From an uncultured Bacteroidia bacterium (GTDB lineage: Bacteria > Bacteroidota > Bacteroidia > J057 > JADKCL01), in assembly GCA_964352215.1 (NCBI GenBank), contig CAYGRE010000005.1, forward strand, positions 18,527 through 82,526: a stretch of 64,000 nt of DNA. Reading direction: 5' to 3'. A model generated the notes under the pieces. It did not search any database and had not been told where the DNA came from. It worked only from the letters and a program-made list of their open reading frames with translations. Shown one piece after another: positions 50,261 to 59,828 of this stretch. Numbering within the stretch: position 1 is the stretch's first letter; every line of letters starts with the position of its first letter. The translations under genes and the position numbers were made by a program.

Positions 50261-50382
50261 AGTTGCTGTTTGAGCATAATCTATCTCACAGGCTAATTCA
50301 GAAGCTCAATAGTTATTTTCCGGATTCAGTCAACCCCCAAAATTTAGCGTTTTCAGCAATCCATCATACTCCTGTGAATTAA
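50257..50382 (+). pseudogene. truncated DUF5615-family (PIN-like toxin) gene
   Basis: ATGA overlap with DUF433. MKLLFEHNLSHRLIQKLNSYFPDSV... matches the DUF5615 N-terminus, then stops after 41 codons (family is ~110-120 aa by recall). Confidence 0.5.
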
Positions 50383-50435
50383 ATTCCATTCACTTGCTCC
50401 TCTTTTTTACCTGACCAATAGGTTTTTCACATTCA

Positions 50436-51530
50436 ATGGAACGCTATATGAAACCGTTTGTCCTATTATTCGCTTCGTTTTGCCTCCTCTTCACGGCTTG
50501 TCAAAGAGACACATTTGATGCCATCGACGAGGAATTGTCCGAATCCCGGACGGACCAATCCGACCAGTCTGTTTCAGCGCCCTCTGGTGACGATGGAATA
50601 GAAACGTTGCTGTCCTATATGTACCCCCGCAGTCAAAAGACGATGGGATTGTCTGATATTACCCTGACCCCTCACTTCCAAAGCTGGCTCAGCTCCAACG
50701 GGTACGGCTCCTACAATTTCTCCAATTCCAGCATTGACGGAGACTCCTACGGAGGCAAAGCCAATGCTTCCACTCCGATCAATCGTCAACCTGTGATTTT
50801 CATCCACGGAAACAGTGACAAGGCGGTAGGATACCTCGGCACCACCCAAAGTGGATGGACCGGTTCGCTCAACCACTTCCATGGAGAAGGCTATACCGAA
50901 GCGGAACTGTATGCGGTTACCTGGGGGGATGCCAATCCCTTGCAATCAGCCAACCAGACCCATTCCAAACCGGTATTGACCCGCCTCCGGGCATTTGTCG
51001 AAGCTGTAATCGACTACACCGGCGCGAGCAAGGTGGATATTGTGACCCATTCTATGGGGGTGACGCTGATGCGGAAGGTGATTGAAGGTGGTAGTACTTA
51101 CGACCCCAACAATGGCGGGTATTATGACCTGGGTCCATCCCTCAGCAGCTCAGTCGACTGCTTTGTCGGGATCGCGGGGGCCAACCGAGGCCTCACCAAT
51201 TGCTATCCCTACCCCAGTTACCTCACCCTCACCTGCGATGATGAAACCGGCCTTTATCCCGGTTACCTCTGGTGGGGAAGTTTGTACGGGGTATCCGATA
51301 TTCTCAACGACATGAACTCTTCGGTTGGTTATGAGGGTGATTACCGCTACTCCATCTGGTCCCGCAATGACGCCATTGTCGGTTATGGCTGTATCGTTTA
51401 CGGAAATAATACCTGCTACCTGCCCGGACAAACCGGAACCAAGGAAATCCCCTCACTGGGTCATTTTACCATGAAAGATTATTCGGGTTCTACCCAATAC
51501 AGCATGGTGGTGAACCATGTTATCCCCTAG
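50436..51530 (+). CDS. secreted lipase/esterase, lipase class 2-like, lipoprotein
   Basis: Lipobox LLFTAC (alternative start ATG 50448, MKPFVLLF...). PVIFIHGNSDKAVGY and nucleophile elbow VDIVTHSMGVTL. Confidence 0.7.
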   Translation: MERYMKPFVLLFASFCLLFTACQRDTFDAIDEELSESRTDQSDQSVSAPSGDDGIETLLSYMYPRSQKTMGLSDITLTPHFQSWLSSNGYGSYNFSNSSIDGDSYGGKANASTPINRQPVIFIHGNSDKAVGYLGTTQSGWTGSLNHFHGEGYTEAELYAVTWGDANPLQSANQTHSKPVLTRLRAFVEAVIDYTGASKVDIVTHSMGVTLMRKVIEGGSTYDPNNGGYYDLGPSLSSSVDCFVGIAGANRGLTNCYPYPSYLTLTCDDETGLYPGYLWWGSLYGVSDILNDMNSSVGYEGDYRYSIWSRNDAIVGYGCIVYGNNTCYLPGQTGTKEIPSLGHFTMKDYSGSTQYSMVVNHVIP

Positions 51531-53121
51531 CCGCCAATGCCTTTCGGTCGACCTTCCCAGTATCTCCCTTGGGAAGGTCGGCCACTATTTCAAACCTTTT
51601 GGGGATTTTGAACTTGGCCAGGTTTTGGCGGCAATAGCTAAGGAGGTTTTCGGTATCTAAGCTGGCTGAGTCTGTCGCAACCAGGTAGGCTTTGCCAACT
51701 TCCCCCCATTTGGGATCGGGGATTCCGATGACGGCTGCTTCTGAAACCATGGGGTGGGCTACCAATACGCGCTCTATCTCTGCAGGATACACGTTCTCCC
51801 CGCCTGAAATATACATATTTTTGATCCGGTCCACGACATACAAATAGCCTCCTTCCCGCTCTACGACCCTGTCTCCTGTTCTGAACCACCCCTTCTGGAT
51901 GGCTTCAGCGGTGGCCTTTTCATTGTTCCAGTACCCTGGGGTGACGATCGGTCCATTGATCCACAGTTCCCCCGCCTCATCTACTTTGCAAGTCTCTCCA
52001 TTGGGGTGCACAATCCTGGTTTGTATGAAAAAATTGGGGCGGCCGATTGAGCCGGCTCTGGTGATGGCATCGTTGTGGTGAAGGGAGGTCAGGTTGGGGC
52101 CGCATTCGGTCATGCCGTAGCCCTGGCGAATAGGAACGCCTACCTCATTCCATCGTTGGATCAGGGGTATGGGCATGGCCTCTCCCCCGACGAGCATATA
52201 GAGCAGGTGATCGAAGCGGGTTTCTAGGAAACGGGGTGTCTCCGCCATCATTTTGAGCATGGTAGGCACCCCCATGAATATGGTAGCCCGCTCTTCCTGG
52301 AGGCTTTTAACCACGGATATTGCATCGAAGCGTTTCATCAGGCAGACAAATCCACCGTGGTGAAAGAATGGGGTGAGCAGGACGTTCCAGCCTCCGGTAT
52401 GAAAGGGTGGCATGCAGGTCACGGTCCGGCTGTCAGAATTTACGGTGATGCTGAAACCAGTGTTGATGCTGTTCCAAAACAACATCCCATGGGTGTATTG
52501 AACGCCTTTGGGAAATCCGGTGGAGCCAGAGGTGTAGAGGATAAAGGCGGGGTCGTCGAGGTCGCATCGGGTAGATGGATAAGCAGATGCATCGGGTTCG
52601 TCGAGGTCTCGACGAGAAGATAGATCAGCGTTGGGGGTGGTTTCGGGGTCTGCTTTTTGTGCCCGGTCATTCAATTCCGTCCGTTCTGCCAATTGGGCCC
52701 GGTCTTCCATTTCTGTCCGAAAGGATTCCAGAGAGAAGTATCGAGGGCTGGCTTTCTGGTCTACCTTTTCCGCGAATTGCTCTTCCACGATTAGGATCGA
52801 GGGAAAAGCATCTTCAATCAAGTAGGCAATTTCAGGGCCAGATAGGCGGTAGTTGAGGGGGACAAGGATGATTCCGGTTTTCTGAATGGCTACAAATAAC
52901 AAGATATACTCGAGGCAGTTCTCCGCCAATACGGCCACCCGATCCCCCTTCTTCAGTCCCTGGTTTTTTGTCAGCCAATTTGCCAGCTGATTCCCTCTTT
53001 GATTAAGGGTCCGATAAGTTAGCCGCCGCCCGGTTTCATATTCTTTGAAGGCAACTTTTTCAGGCTGGTAAATGGCCCATTTCTCTGCCCAGTCGGTTGG
53101 TATGTCAGGTTGCGTGGTCAT
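51520..53121 (-). CDS. AMP-dependent acyl-CoA synthetase/ligase
   Basis: FILYTSGSTGFPKG, YGMTECG, GWFRTGD, GKVDRKAL. ATGA-coupled to the upstream hydrolase. 11-bp convergent overlap with the lipase gene. Confidence 0.9.
   Translation of the reverse strand: MTTQPDIPTDWAEKWAIYQPEKVAFKEYETGRRLTYRTLNQRGNQLANWLTKNQGLKKGDRVAVLAENCLEYILLFVAIQKTGIILVPLNYRLSGPEIAYLIEDAFPSILIVEEQFAEKVDQKASPRYFSLESFRTEMEDRAQLAERTELNDRAQKADPETTPNADLSSRRDLDEPDASAYPSTRCDLDDPAFILYTSGSTGFPKGVQYTHGMLFWNSINTGFSITVNSDSRTVTCMPPFHTGGWNVLLTPFFHHGGFVCLMKRFDAISVVKSLQEERATIFMGVPTMLKMMAETPRFLETRFDHLLYMLVGGEAMPIPLIQRWNEVGVPIRQGYGMTECGPNLTSLHHNDAITRAGSIGRPNFFIQTRIVHPNGETCKVDEAGELWINGPIVTPGYWNNEKATAEAIQKGWFRTGDRVVEREGGYLYVVDRIKNMYISGGENVYPAEIERVLVAHPMVSEAAVIGIPDPKWGEVGKAYLVATDSASLDTENLLSYCRQNLAKFKIPKRFEIVADLPKGDTGKVDRKALAARG
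52648..52719 (-). repeat. in-frame 36-bp x2 tandem duplication in the ligase gene
   Basis: Encodes RTEMEDRAQLAE / RTELNDRAQKAD. Lies within a ~45-aa low-complexity insertion just before the AMP-binding motif, which also contains RRDLDEPDA / RCDLDDPA. Confidence 0.85.
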
Positions 53122-54071
53122 TGAACTTCTGAAGTCAAATAGGCTATGATCAGCTCATTGACCAGTGCCGATTGTTCGAAGTGAACGAAATGGCCTGCTT
53201 TGTTGACCAGTTCCAATTGGGCATTTGGGATCTGTGCGGCTCCGCTTTCTGCAATGGCGCGGGTTGTGCCTCCATGCAAAAAGCGGTTGGGAATGAGGTT
53301 GTCCTGTGCTCCAAATATCACCAATACCCTTGCCTTGAGGTCGGAGAGGTTGTCAAAGACGGGTTCATCGACCATGCCCTGAACACATTGGGGGATGATA
53401 TAACAGTAGCCGGGAAAGTCTTTGCATTGTCGCATGGCAACCCGGTCATAAACCATGAACTCAGCTTCTTTGGGCATCCGGTAGAAGTTGGATCCGATAT
53501 TTGCTTTGATCTGGTCCACTGGAGTAAGGGCCACCGCATTGGGGGTCAACACTTCCCGGAACCATTTCTTTTCGCCGGCATTGAAGGTTTCAAATCCAGC
53601 TGGTGCGACGAGGATCAATTCGGGAAAGTCCTGGGGGTAAGCCAGGGAGGCCACGGTAGCGATTTGCCCGCCCATGGAGTGCCCCATCAACACGACATTG
53701 TCCAGGTTAAGGGCTTCTTTGAAGGCTTTGATTGCATCTGCATAGAAGCGCATGGTCCCGGTGTACTTGCCTTTGCTGGACTTTCCATATCCGGGAAGGT
53801 CCACCGCGATGCAGCGGTAAGAAGTGCTCAAGGCCTCGATATTTTTCTTCCAGGCCGGCGCATAACTTCCCAGCCCATGAAGCATCAGCAAGGTTTTAGG
53901 TCCATTGCCCTGGTCCATATAAGCAATCTCTATTCCATCGGGGAGGCTTACTTTCTTTTGGGGGAATGGGTATTCCAATTCATCCATAGAGCTGATGTCG
54001 GGGACCTGCTGTTGAAACGAGCAGCCCAGGGAGAGCAATACGAATACGACGGGTAAAATGAGGTATTTCAT
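53118..54071 (-). CDS. alpha/beta hydrolase (lipoprotein-type signal)
   Basis: LLMLHGLGSYAPAW...VVLMGHSMGGQIA; paralogue of 58896..59828. Confidence 0.85.
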   Translation of the reverse strand: MKYLILPVVFVLLSLGCSFQQQVPDISSMDELEYPFPQKKVSLPDGIEIAYMDQGNGPKTLLMLHGLGSYAPAWKKNIEALSTSYRCIAVDLPGYGKSSKGKYTGTMRFYADAIKAFKEALNLDNVVLMGHSMGGQIATVASLAYPQDFPELILVAPAGFETFNAGEKKWFREVLTPNAVALTPVDQIKANIGSNFYRMPKEAEFMVYDRVAMRQCKDFPGYCYIIPQCVQGMVDEPVFDNLSDLKARVLVIFGAQDNLIPNRFLHGGTTRAIAESGAAQIPNAQLELVNKAGHFVHFEQSALVNELIIAYLTSEVQ

Positions 54072-54075
54072 AATT

Positions 54076-55647
54076 TCAGAACATTAACCAGCGAAATGCG
54101 AGAAAAGCAGTTTGGGGATTGACGGGGCGTTGTCCCAGGGCACCGTTGACAAGGTTGCTGTCGTAGAAGTCTCCCAGCCAGAGGTAGGCGCCATGCAATT
54201 CAATGGACATGAATACGCCGAGGTCATAGACCAGGCTGGCATTGGCTTCGAGTCCCATTTGTCGCCCACCACCGGTGGGGGCAGCATTGGCGAGGGCGGT
54301 GACCAGTCCGACTTTCCCGGTCAATTTGTGGGGGATAAATGAGCGGCTGGCATTGAGACTGAGGCCGGTGATACCGTAGCCGAGGTTGGAAATGTCGGTG
54401 ACGGCTGCGGTGTAGCGGTTGACGACATTGGCATGGGGGAACAGCAGGTAGCCACCGTGGCTGACATACAATCCCCCGGGGGTGGCCCATTGGTTTCCAG
54501 TCAATACACCAGTGTAGACGCCATCGTTGATGCCGTTTTCATCGCCGGTGGTATAGATCAGGTCGCCATAGAGGGCATCGCGACTTGTTTGTCCATAGCG
54601 GTAACCCAGGCGGAGGTTGGCACCCAGGCCCCGGATATCCGGACCTTTGCTCCACTGGTCATTTTCTTCGAGTCGGGTGAAGCCCAGGTTGTAATTCAGG
54701 TAGCCGGTGGCAAAGAAGCGGTCCAGCACTTGTGATTCATTGTAGCTGAAGTAGGAACCCAGCCAGAAGACGTCGGCCCGGTAGGGGTTGCCGTTGGCAA
54801 AGCGGAAACGGAAGGTTCCGTTGTAATCGGCCAGGGTGCTGTTCAAACCCTGGCTGAGTACGGACGGGCCTCCTTCTCCATTGGCGCGGTCACGCAGGTA
54901 CATGGCCGAACCGCCCCAATGCCAGCGCATGCCCAGCGAACGCCGGTAGTTGAACATGCTCAGGGTGACATCGTCATTTTCCTGGATATTGTTCTCGTAG
55001 AGCTTGAAGTAGCCGGCTTTCCATTTGTAATAATCTGCATCCCGCCGGACGGATATTCCCACCCCGTCTGTTCCCCAATAGTTGAGCCGGTAGCCTGTAT
55101 TGAGTAAGGTTTCAAACCAGGTTCTGTAAGCGTTGTGAGGGGTATCGTACATCCTTTGCAGGCCCAGGTTGACGGCCCAACCTTTCTTGGGAATCAATTC
55201 GAGCTCCACATTCTGGGTCTGGATATTTACCTGGTCCCCTGAAGGAGCAGAACCACCGTTGCCGCCCGAGCCATAGGCCACATCTCCCCAGGTCCAGTCG
55301 ATCTCAAAGGAGGTCCTGAGGGTGGCCCGTCCATTGAACAATTTGGGGCTGTAAATGAAAAATGGGAGGATTCTTTGCTCGAAATAGCCGGCCTGTAACG
55401 AATCGGAAGTCACCGTTGAATTGGCCCCGTAGAGTCTACCGATCACCTGCCCTCTCAGAAAGTCATTCTGCGGGTAGACGTTGGTGGTGACGGCGTGGTT
55501 GTAGAAAAATGCCAGAAACTGAAACTCCTTCTGCGGCTTTTCGGGCAACCGCTGGTCCAATTCCTGGTAAAAGGAAGGACTCTGAGCCTGCAGGCCGGCA
55601 ATCAGCAGGATTAAGCATGGAATCAGAAGGGTAATTTTTCGTTTCAT
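54076..55647 (-). CDS. outer-membrane beta-barrel protein (porin-like), function unknown
   Basis: Signal peptide MKRKITLLIPCLILLIAGLQAQ. Alternating aromatic/Gly-rich strands. C-terminal ...AFRWLMF. Confidence 0.65.
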   Translation of the reverse strand: MKRKITLLIPCLILLIAGLQAQSPSFYQELDQRLPEKPQKEFQFLAFFYNHAVTTNVYPQNDFLRGQVIGRLYGANSTVTSDSLQAGYFEQRILPFFIYSPKLFNGRATLRTSFEIDWTWGDVAYGSGGNGGSAPSGDQVNIQTQNVELELIPKKGWAVNLGLQRMYDTPHNAYRTWFETLLNTGYRLNYWGTDGVGISVRRDADYYKWKAGYFKLYENNIQENDDVTLSMFNYRRSLGMRWHWGGSAMYLRDRANGEGGPSVLSQGLNSTLADYNGTFRFRFANGNPYRADVFWLGSYFSYNESQVLDRFFATGYLNYNLGFTRLEENDQWSKGPDIRGLGANLRLGYRYGQTSRDALYGDLIYTTGDENGINDGVYTGVLTGNQWATPGGLYVSHGGYLLFPHANVVNRYTAAVTDISNLGYGITGLSLNASRSFIPHKLTGKVGLVTALANAAPTGGGRQMGLEANASLVYDLGVFMSIELHGAYLWLGDFYDSNLVNGALGQRPVNPQTAFLAFRWLMF

Positions 55648-55719
55648 GGCTGGGTAAATAAAAAGTGAAGATAACCCTTGCCAAACGGCATTGGGTTACC
55701 TTCACGACTATCGATTGAA

Positions 55720-56364
55720 TTATTCTATTTCCTGGAAGACCTGGATGTTGGTCGTACCCAGTTGGCCTCCGTTGGAGCTTCCAAATCCGGCAGATGCGGT
55801 TGGGGGAATTGCTCCGATATCGGGGTCGGTCTGGACCACTTCATAAGTCAAGGTGGTGTTGTTGATCTCAAAGATACCTACTGCGGTGAGTGCTGATGGA
55901 GAGCTTTGGTTCAGGGTAATGTCCCAGATTCCGTCGATATTGCTCTCGGTTTGGGAAAAGGTTCCGGTGAAGGTGATCAGGACGCTGTTGGTATCGTACT
56001 GCTCAACGAGGTAGGTGTTGTCGAGGTTGAAGCGTGCATAGATGGAGTCGGCTCCAAAGAAAGCAGAAAGCAGGGGCGCAACATCAGAACCAGAAGATTG
56101 ATATTCTTTGGCTTGTACGCCTTCAGGACAAGCGGCGCAAGTTCCACCACAGTCGATGCCGGTTTCGTCACCGTTCTGAATGCCGTCATCGCAGGTCGGA
56201 CAGGCGTCACAGCCACCACCACAGTCGATGCCGGTTTCGTCACCGTTCTGGATGCCATCTGTACAGCTGGCGGGTTCGTCCTTGTCACAGGATGAAATGG
56301 CAACTGTAGTCGTTACCAGGGCAAATGCCATAAATAGATACCTAAGTGTTTTCATAATATTCAT
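55720..56364 (-). CDS. lipoprotein with duplicated Cys-rich DGIQNGDETGIDCGG motif and lipocalin-like C-terminal domain
   Basis: Preferred start is ATG 56364 or 56355 (MNIMKTLRYLFMAFALVTTTVAISSC). The tracked start 56454 would overlap the upstream KAS III-like gene 56387..57373. Confidence 0.7.
   Translation of the reverse strand: MNIMKTLRYLFMAFALVTTTVAISSCDKDEPASCTDGIQNGDETGIDCGGGCDACPTCDDGIQNGDETGIDCGGTCAACPEGVQAKEYQSSGSDVAPLLSAFFGADSIYARFNLDNTYLVEQYDTNSVLITFTGTFSQTESNIDGIWDITLNQSSPSALTAVGIFEINNTTLTYEVVQTDPDIGAIPPTASAGFGSSNGGQLGTTNIQVFQEIE
56140..56270 (-). repeat. 72-bp tandem duplication encoding the Cys-rich motif
   Basis: ccaccacagtcgatgccggtttcgtcaccgttctg(a/g)atgcc occurs at 56144 and 56216. 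Confidence 0.85.
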
Positions 56365-56386
56365 AATTAAAGTAGATCTAAAATGC

Positions 56387-57373
56387 TCAAAGTATAAATG
56401 CCGCACTGGCAAAGGCCAAGCCTCCTCCAGAGCTGAGAAATAACAATTGGTCACCGGGCTTGATCAGTTCCTTTTCCCAGGCTTCGTTGAAAGCCATCGG
56501 GATGCAGGCGGAGCCGGTATATCCGTAGTGGTGCATAACATTGTGGGCTTTGTCGTGGGGGACACCCAGGATATCAAGAGTTGCATTGATGGCATTGATG
56601 TTGATCTGGGTGATGAAGTACTTGTCCACCTGGGCGGGGGTGATACCCAGTCGTTTGCAAAGCTCCAGGGCCATTCCCGACCAGAAATCGGGGTTGACGG
56701 AGGATGGAAATCGTTTGGCAAAGACGAGGTTGTGGGCGTGTGCCTCCCGTGCGGCTTCGTCGACTGGCTGGACGGTCCCTCCGGCGTAGACTCCCATGTA
56801 ATCCCAGTATTGTCCTTGTGACAATAGCTGTGCGGTCTGGTAGCCTTCGGTGGTGTTTTCAGCTGAAAGGAGGATGGCACCGGCTCCATCTGCAAAGAGG
56901 GTGACGGTTTTCTTGTCCGCTGGATTGAGGTGTCGGCTCATTCCGTAAGCTCCCACCACCAGCACTTTGTTGTAGGTGCTGTCTGTCTGGATGTACTTGG
57001 CGGCCATGTCCATGGCGGTGACAAATCCTGCGCAGGCGGCATTGACATCGAAGGCGGCGGCATGGTTAGCCCCGAGGATATGCTGAAGCACGGAAGCGGT
57101 GGCCGGGCTTGGGTAGTCAGGGGTGTCGGTGGCTACGATGATCAGGTCCAGGTCGCTGGGGGTAATTCCAGCCCGTTCCAAACATACTTTTGAGGCTTCC
57201 AGTGCCAGGGTGGAGGTCGATTCTCCTTCCTCCATCCAGCGGCGCTCGAAGATTTGGGCCGACTCTTCCAGCCAGGTACTGACATCAACCCCTAGCTGTT
57301 GATCAAACCACGCATTGGTCAGCACCCTTTTGGGTACATAAGCTCCTGAAGATATGATCCTCGCTTTTCTCAT
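56387..57373 (-). CDS. KAS III (FabH)-like thiolase-fold enzyme lacking the canonical His/Asn
   Basis: FDVNAACAGF (Cys114) is conserved. FITQININ replaces vPHQANlRI (Thr255 at the His244 position). YGYTGSAC replaces HGNTSAAS (Tyr285 at the Asn274 position). C-terminal SSGGGLAF. Confidence 0.85.
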   Translation of the reverse strand: MRKARIISSGAYVPKRVLTNAWFDQQLGVDVSTWLEESAQIFERRWMEEGESTSTLALEASKVCLERAGITPSDLDLIIVATDTPDYPSPATASVLQHILGANHAAAFDVNAACAGFVTAMDMAAKYIQTDSTYNKVLVVGAYGMSRHLNPADKKTVTLFADGAGAILLSAENTTEGYQTAQLLSQGQYWDYMGVYAGGTVQPVDEAAREAHAHNLVFAKRFPSSVNPDFWSGMALELCKRLGITPAQVDKYFITQININAINATLDILGVPHDKAHNVMHHYGYTGSACIPMAFNEAWEKELIKPGDQLLFLSSGGGLAFASAAFIL

Positions 57374-58884
57374 CCGCTTACCAAATCTTTGTTTCTTTTA
57401 TTGTAAGTCCACCCGATGGCCAGGGCCGGCAGGATGCTGACCAGCAAACCAATCCCGGCGGTTACCCCTGGATTGGAAAAACTGAGACCGGAATCCGGAA
57501 ACAGTTGAGCCCCCCAGATATAAAGGACAAAATGAATTCCCATTCCCAGAAAGGACAGGACCCACATACTGCCGAGATGAACTTTGTCAAACAATACGCC
57601 GATCACCAGGGGTGGAACTGCGGCCAGGACAAGTCCATAGACACCTACTTGTCCGAAAATCCCAAGCAATTTTGGGGGTTGCAGGCTCACGAAGAATGCC
57701 GCCACTGCGATCACGACCAATACGATATTGCTGCTTCTCAGTGCCGTCTTCATTAATTTCTCTTCGTTCAGGGCTTTGCCCTTTGACCGCATGCGGATGA
57801 TGCCCATGATAAGGTCGTTGCTGGTGATGGTGGATATTCCTATCAGGAGGCCATCCAGGGTTGACATGGCAGCGGCCAGGAGTACAATACTGACAACGGT
57901 GAACATCCAGTCGGGAAATACATTGGCCAGATAGGCGGTCATTACGAGGTCCTGGCGGAAGGCTCCGGTTACCGGATCGAGCAGTTCTTCGGTTGGAACT
58001 GCGACATGCGCGAAGAATCCGGCCAGCAAGAGGAGGGTGAACAGAAGGTAGGTGATGGCAAATACGATGATGTAGTTGCGGACATCTTTGTCCCGCTTGA
58101 CATAGAGGGCCTTGGTCAGGATATGGGGTTGGCAAACGAGGGCGGCGCCAATGAGGAACCCGGCAATATAGACGGCAAATGGACTGTCAAACAGGCTGCT
58201 CTCAGGATTGACCAGTTTCAAAAGATTGGGGTCGGTGGCCTGGAGGGTGCCTATCAGATCCACATCACTGAAAAACATGATCTGGACCGCCGAACCGATG
58301 ATCAGAATGGAAACGCCGACCATGAGAAAGCCCTGGAACATATTGGTGTAGACATGGGCATAGGTCCCTCCAATGATTACATAAGAAGTCACGAATACAA
58401 GGGTGATGAGGAGGGCGGTGGTATGGTCTACGGCAAGCATCTTTTGCATGACGATGGAGATACCTCCTACCAGAAGGACCACGAAAGCAAAAGAGAGCAG
58501 GTTGATGATGGCAAAATAGAGGGCGAAACCAGGCGATCCATACCGCTTGCCGATCCAGTCGGGAATGGTGAGGGCTTTCATTTTAGCTCCCTTTCTTCGG
58601 AATGAAAAGGAAAGGATGACCAGCATAAACAGGATTCCAGCAAATACACTCACTCCGAGGTGCATCCAGGCCGAGAGACCATCTACATAGATGAAGCCAG
58701 GGTTGATGATGAAGGTTGCCGCCGAGGCGGTGCTGGTGGCCAGGGTGATCCCAACCACAAAGGGTTTCATATCTCCTTTGCCAATGGCAAAAACCTTAAA
58801 ATCTCCGGTATTGCGGTACCCCAACCATCCCAGGTAGGAGGTTATCAGTACATACACGGAAAATAAGGTCCAGGCCAATGCCAT
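57370..58884 (-). CDS. sodium:solute symporter family (SSF) transporter
   Basis: 504-aa polytopic membrane protein. TIPDWIGKRYGS resembles the SSF TLPEyLekRfGs region. ATGA-coupled to the KAS III-like gene. Confidence 0.75.
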   Translation of the reverse strand: MALAWTLFSVYVLITSYLGWLGYRNTGDFKVFAIGKGDMKPFVVGITLATSTASAATFIINPGFIYVDGLSAWMHLGVSVFAGILFMLVILSFSFRRKGAKMKALTIPDWIGKRYGSPGFALYFAIINLLSFAFVVLLVGGISIVMQKMLAVDHTTALLITLVFVTSYVIIGGTYAHVYTNMFQGFLMVGVSILIIGSAVQIMFFSDVDLIGTLQATDPNLLKLVNPESSLFDSPFAVYIAGFLIGAALVCQPHILTKALYVKRDKDVRNYIIVFAITYLLFTLLLLAGFFAHVAVPTEELLDPVTGAFRQDLVMTAYLANVFPDWMFTVVSIVLLAAAMSTLDGLLIGISTITSNDLIMGIIRMRSKGKALNEEKLMKTALRSSNIVLVVIAVAAFFVSLQPPKLLGIFGQVGVYGLVLAAVPPLVIGVLFDKVHLGSMWVLSFLGMGIHFVLYIWGAQLFPDSGLSFSNPGVTAGIGLLVSILPALAIGWTYNKRNKDLVSG

Positions 58885-58895
58885 ATTTGAATGAA

Positions 58896-59828
58896 TTATC
58901 TGATCGAATTTTGATGTCCTGCTGAAGGATAGTGGGCTTTACCCCTTTCTTTTGGCTTTGACTTTAATTCCAGGAAAGCCATTACTTCCTCATTGAACCG
59001 CTCTGCCCGCTCCCACTGAAGGAAATGCCCACAATTCTCCACCATTACCAACTGCATCCCAGGAATTTTCAATGATTCGCGGATGGCCAGGGCCTTGGTA
59101 TTTTCATCGGGGTGGAGGATGGGGTGCGGGATCAACTTGTCATTCTCCCCAAACAGGATCATCACCCTGGCTTTGATCTCAGGGAGTTGTGCATTGACGC
59201 CATCCCTGACCATGCCCATGACCGACTGGGGGATCATCTCGCAATACGCTTTGAAGTGAGGGGCTTTCCGCAGGGCCATATTGTCCTTGATCATGAACTC
59301 TGCATCTGCAGGAAACTGGTGGAAATTGATGGCTACATTCCGTCGGATTTGCTCTTCACTCAGATTGGCGATGTTCTCTGGGGTATAATTCTGGGACAAC
59401 CACTCTACCTCTTTTGCATTGAAGGTTTCCAATCCGGCAGGAGCTACCAGGATGGCCCTCGAGCTGATGGCTGGCTTGTCCACCAAGGTCCGGAGTACGG
59501 CTTGCCCGCCCAGAGAATGTCCAACCAGAATGGGATTTTTCAGATCAAGGGCTTCCACGAAACCGATGATCACTTCCGACAGGAATTTCATAGTATAGGG
59601 GTAGCTTTCCTTAGATGATCCCCCATAATTGGGCAGGTCAATGGCCAGGCAACGGTAGTTCTTGCTCAAGGTGGGCAGGTTTTTACTCCATGCTTTGTGG
59701 TTGCTGCCCATGCCATGCACAAAGAGCAATGTCTCCACTCCTGTCCCCACTTCCTGGTAGGCCATCTTTATCCCTGATGCCAGTGTAACCAATTTCAATG
59801 TTTCAGTCGTATTTGGATTCCCGATCAT
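58896..59828 (-). CDS. alpha/beta hydrolase (paralogue of 53118..54071)
   Basis: LLFVHGMGSNHKAW...PILVGHSLGGQAV. Confidence 0.85.
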   Translation of the reverse strand: MIGNPNTTETLKLVTLASGIKMAYQEVGTGVETLLFVHGMGSNHKAWSKNLPTLSKNYRCLAIDLPNYGGSSKESYPYTMKFLSEVIIGFVEALDLKNPILVGHSLGGQAVLRTLVDKPAISSRAILVAPAGLETFNAKEVEWLSQNYTPENIANLSEEQIRRNVAINFHQFPADAEFMIKDNMALRKAPHFKAYCEMIPQSVMGMVRDGVNAQLPEIKARVMILFGENDKLIPHPILHPDENTKALAIRESLKIPGMQLVMVENCGHFLQWERAERFNEEVMAFLELKSKPKERGKAHYPSAGHQNSIR

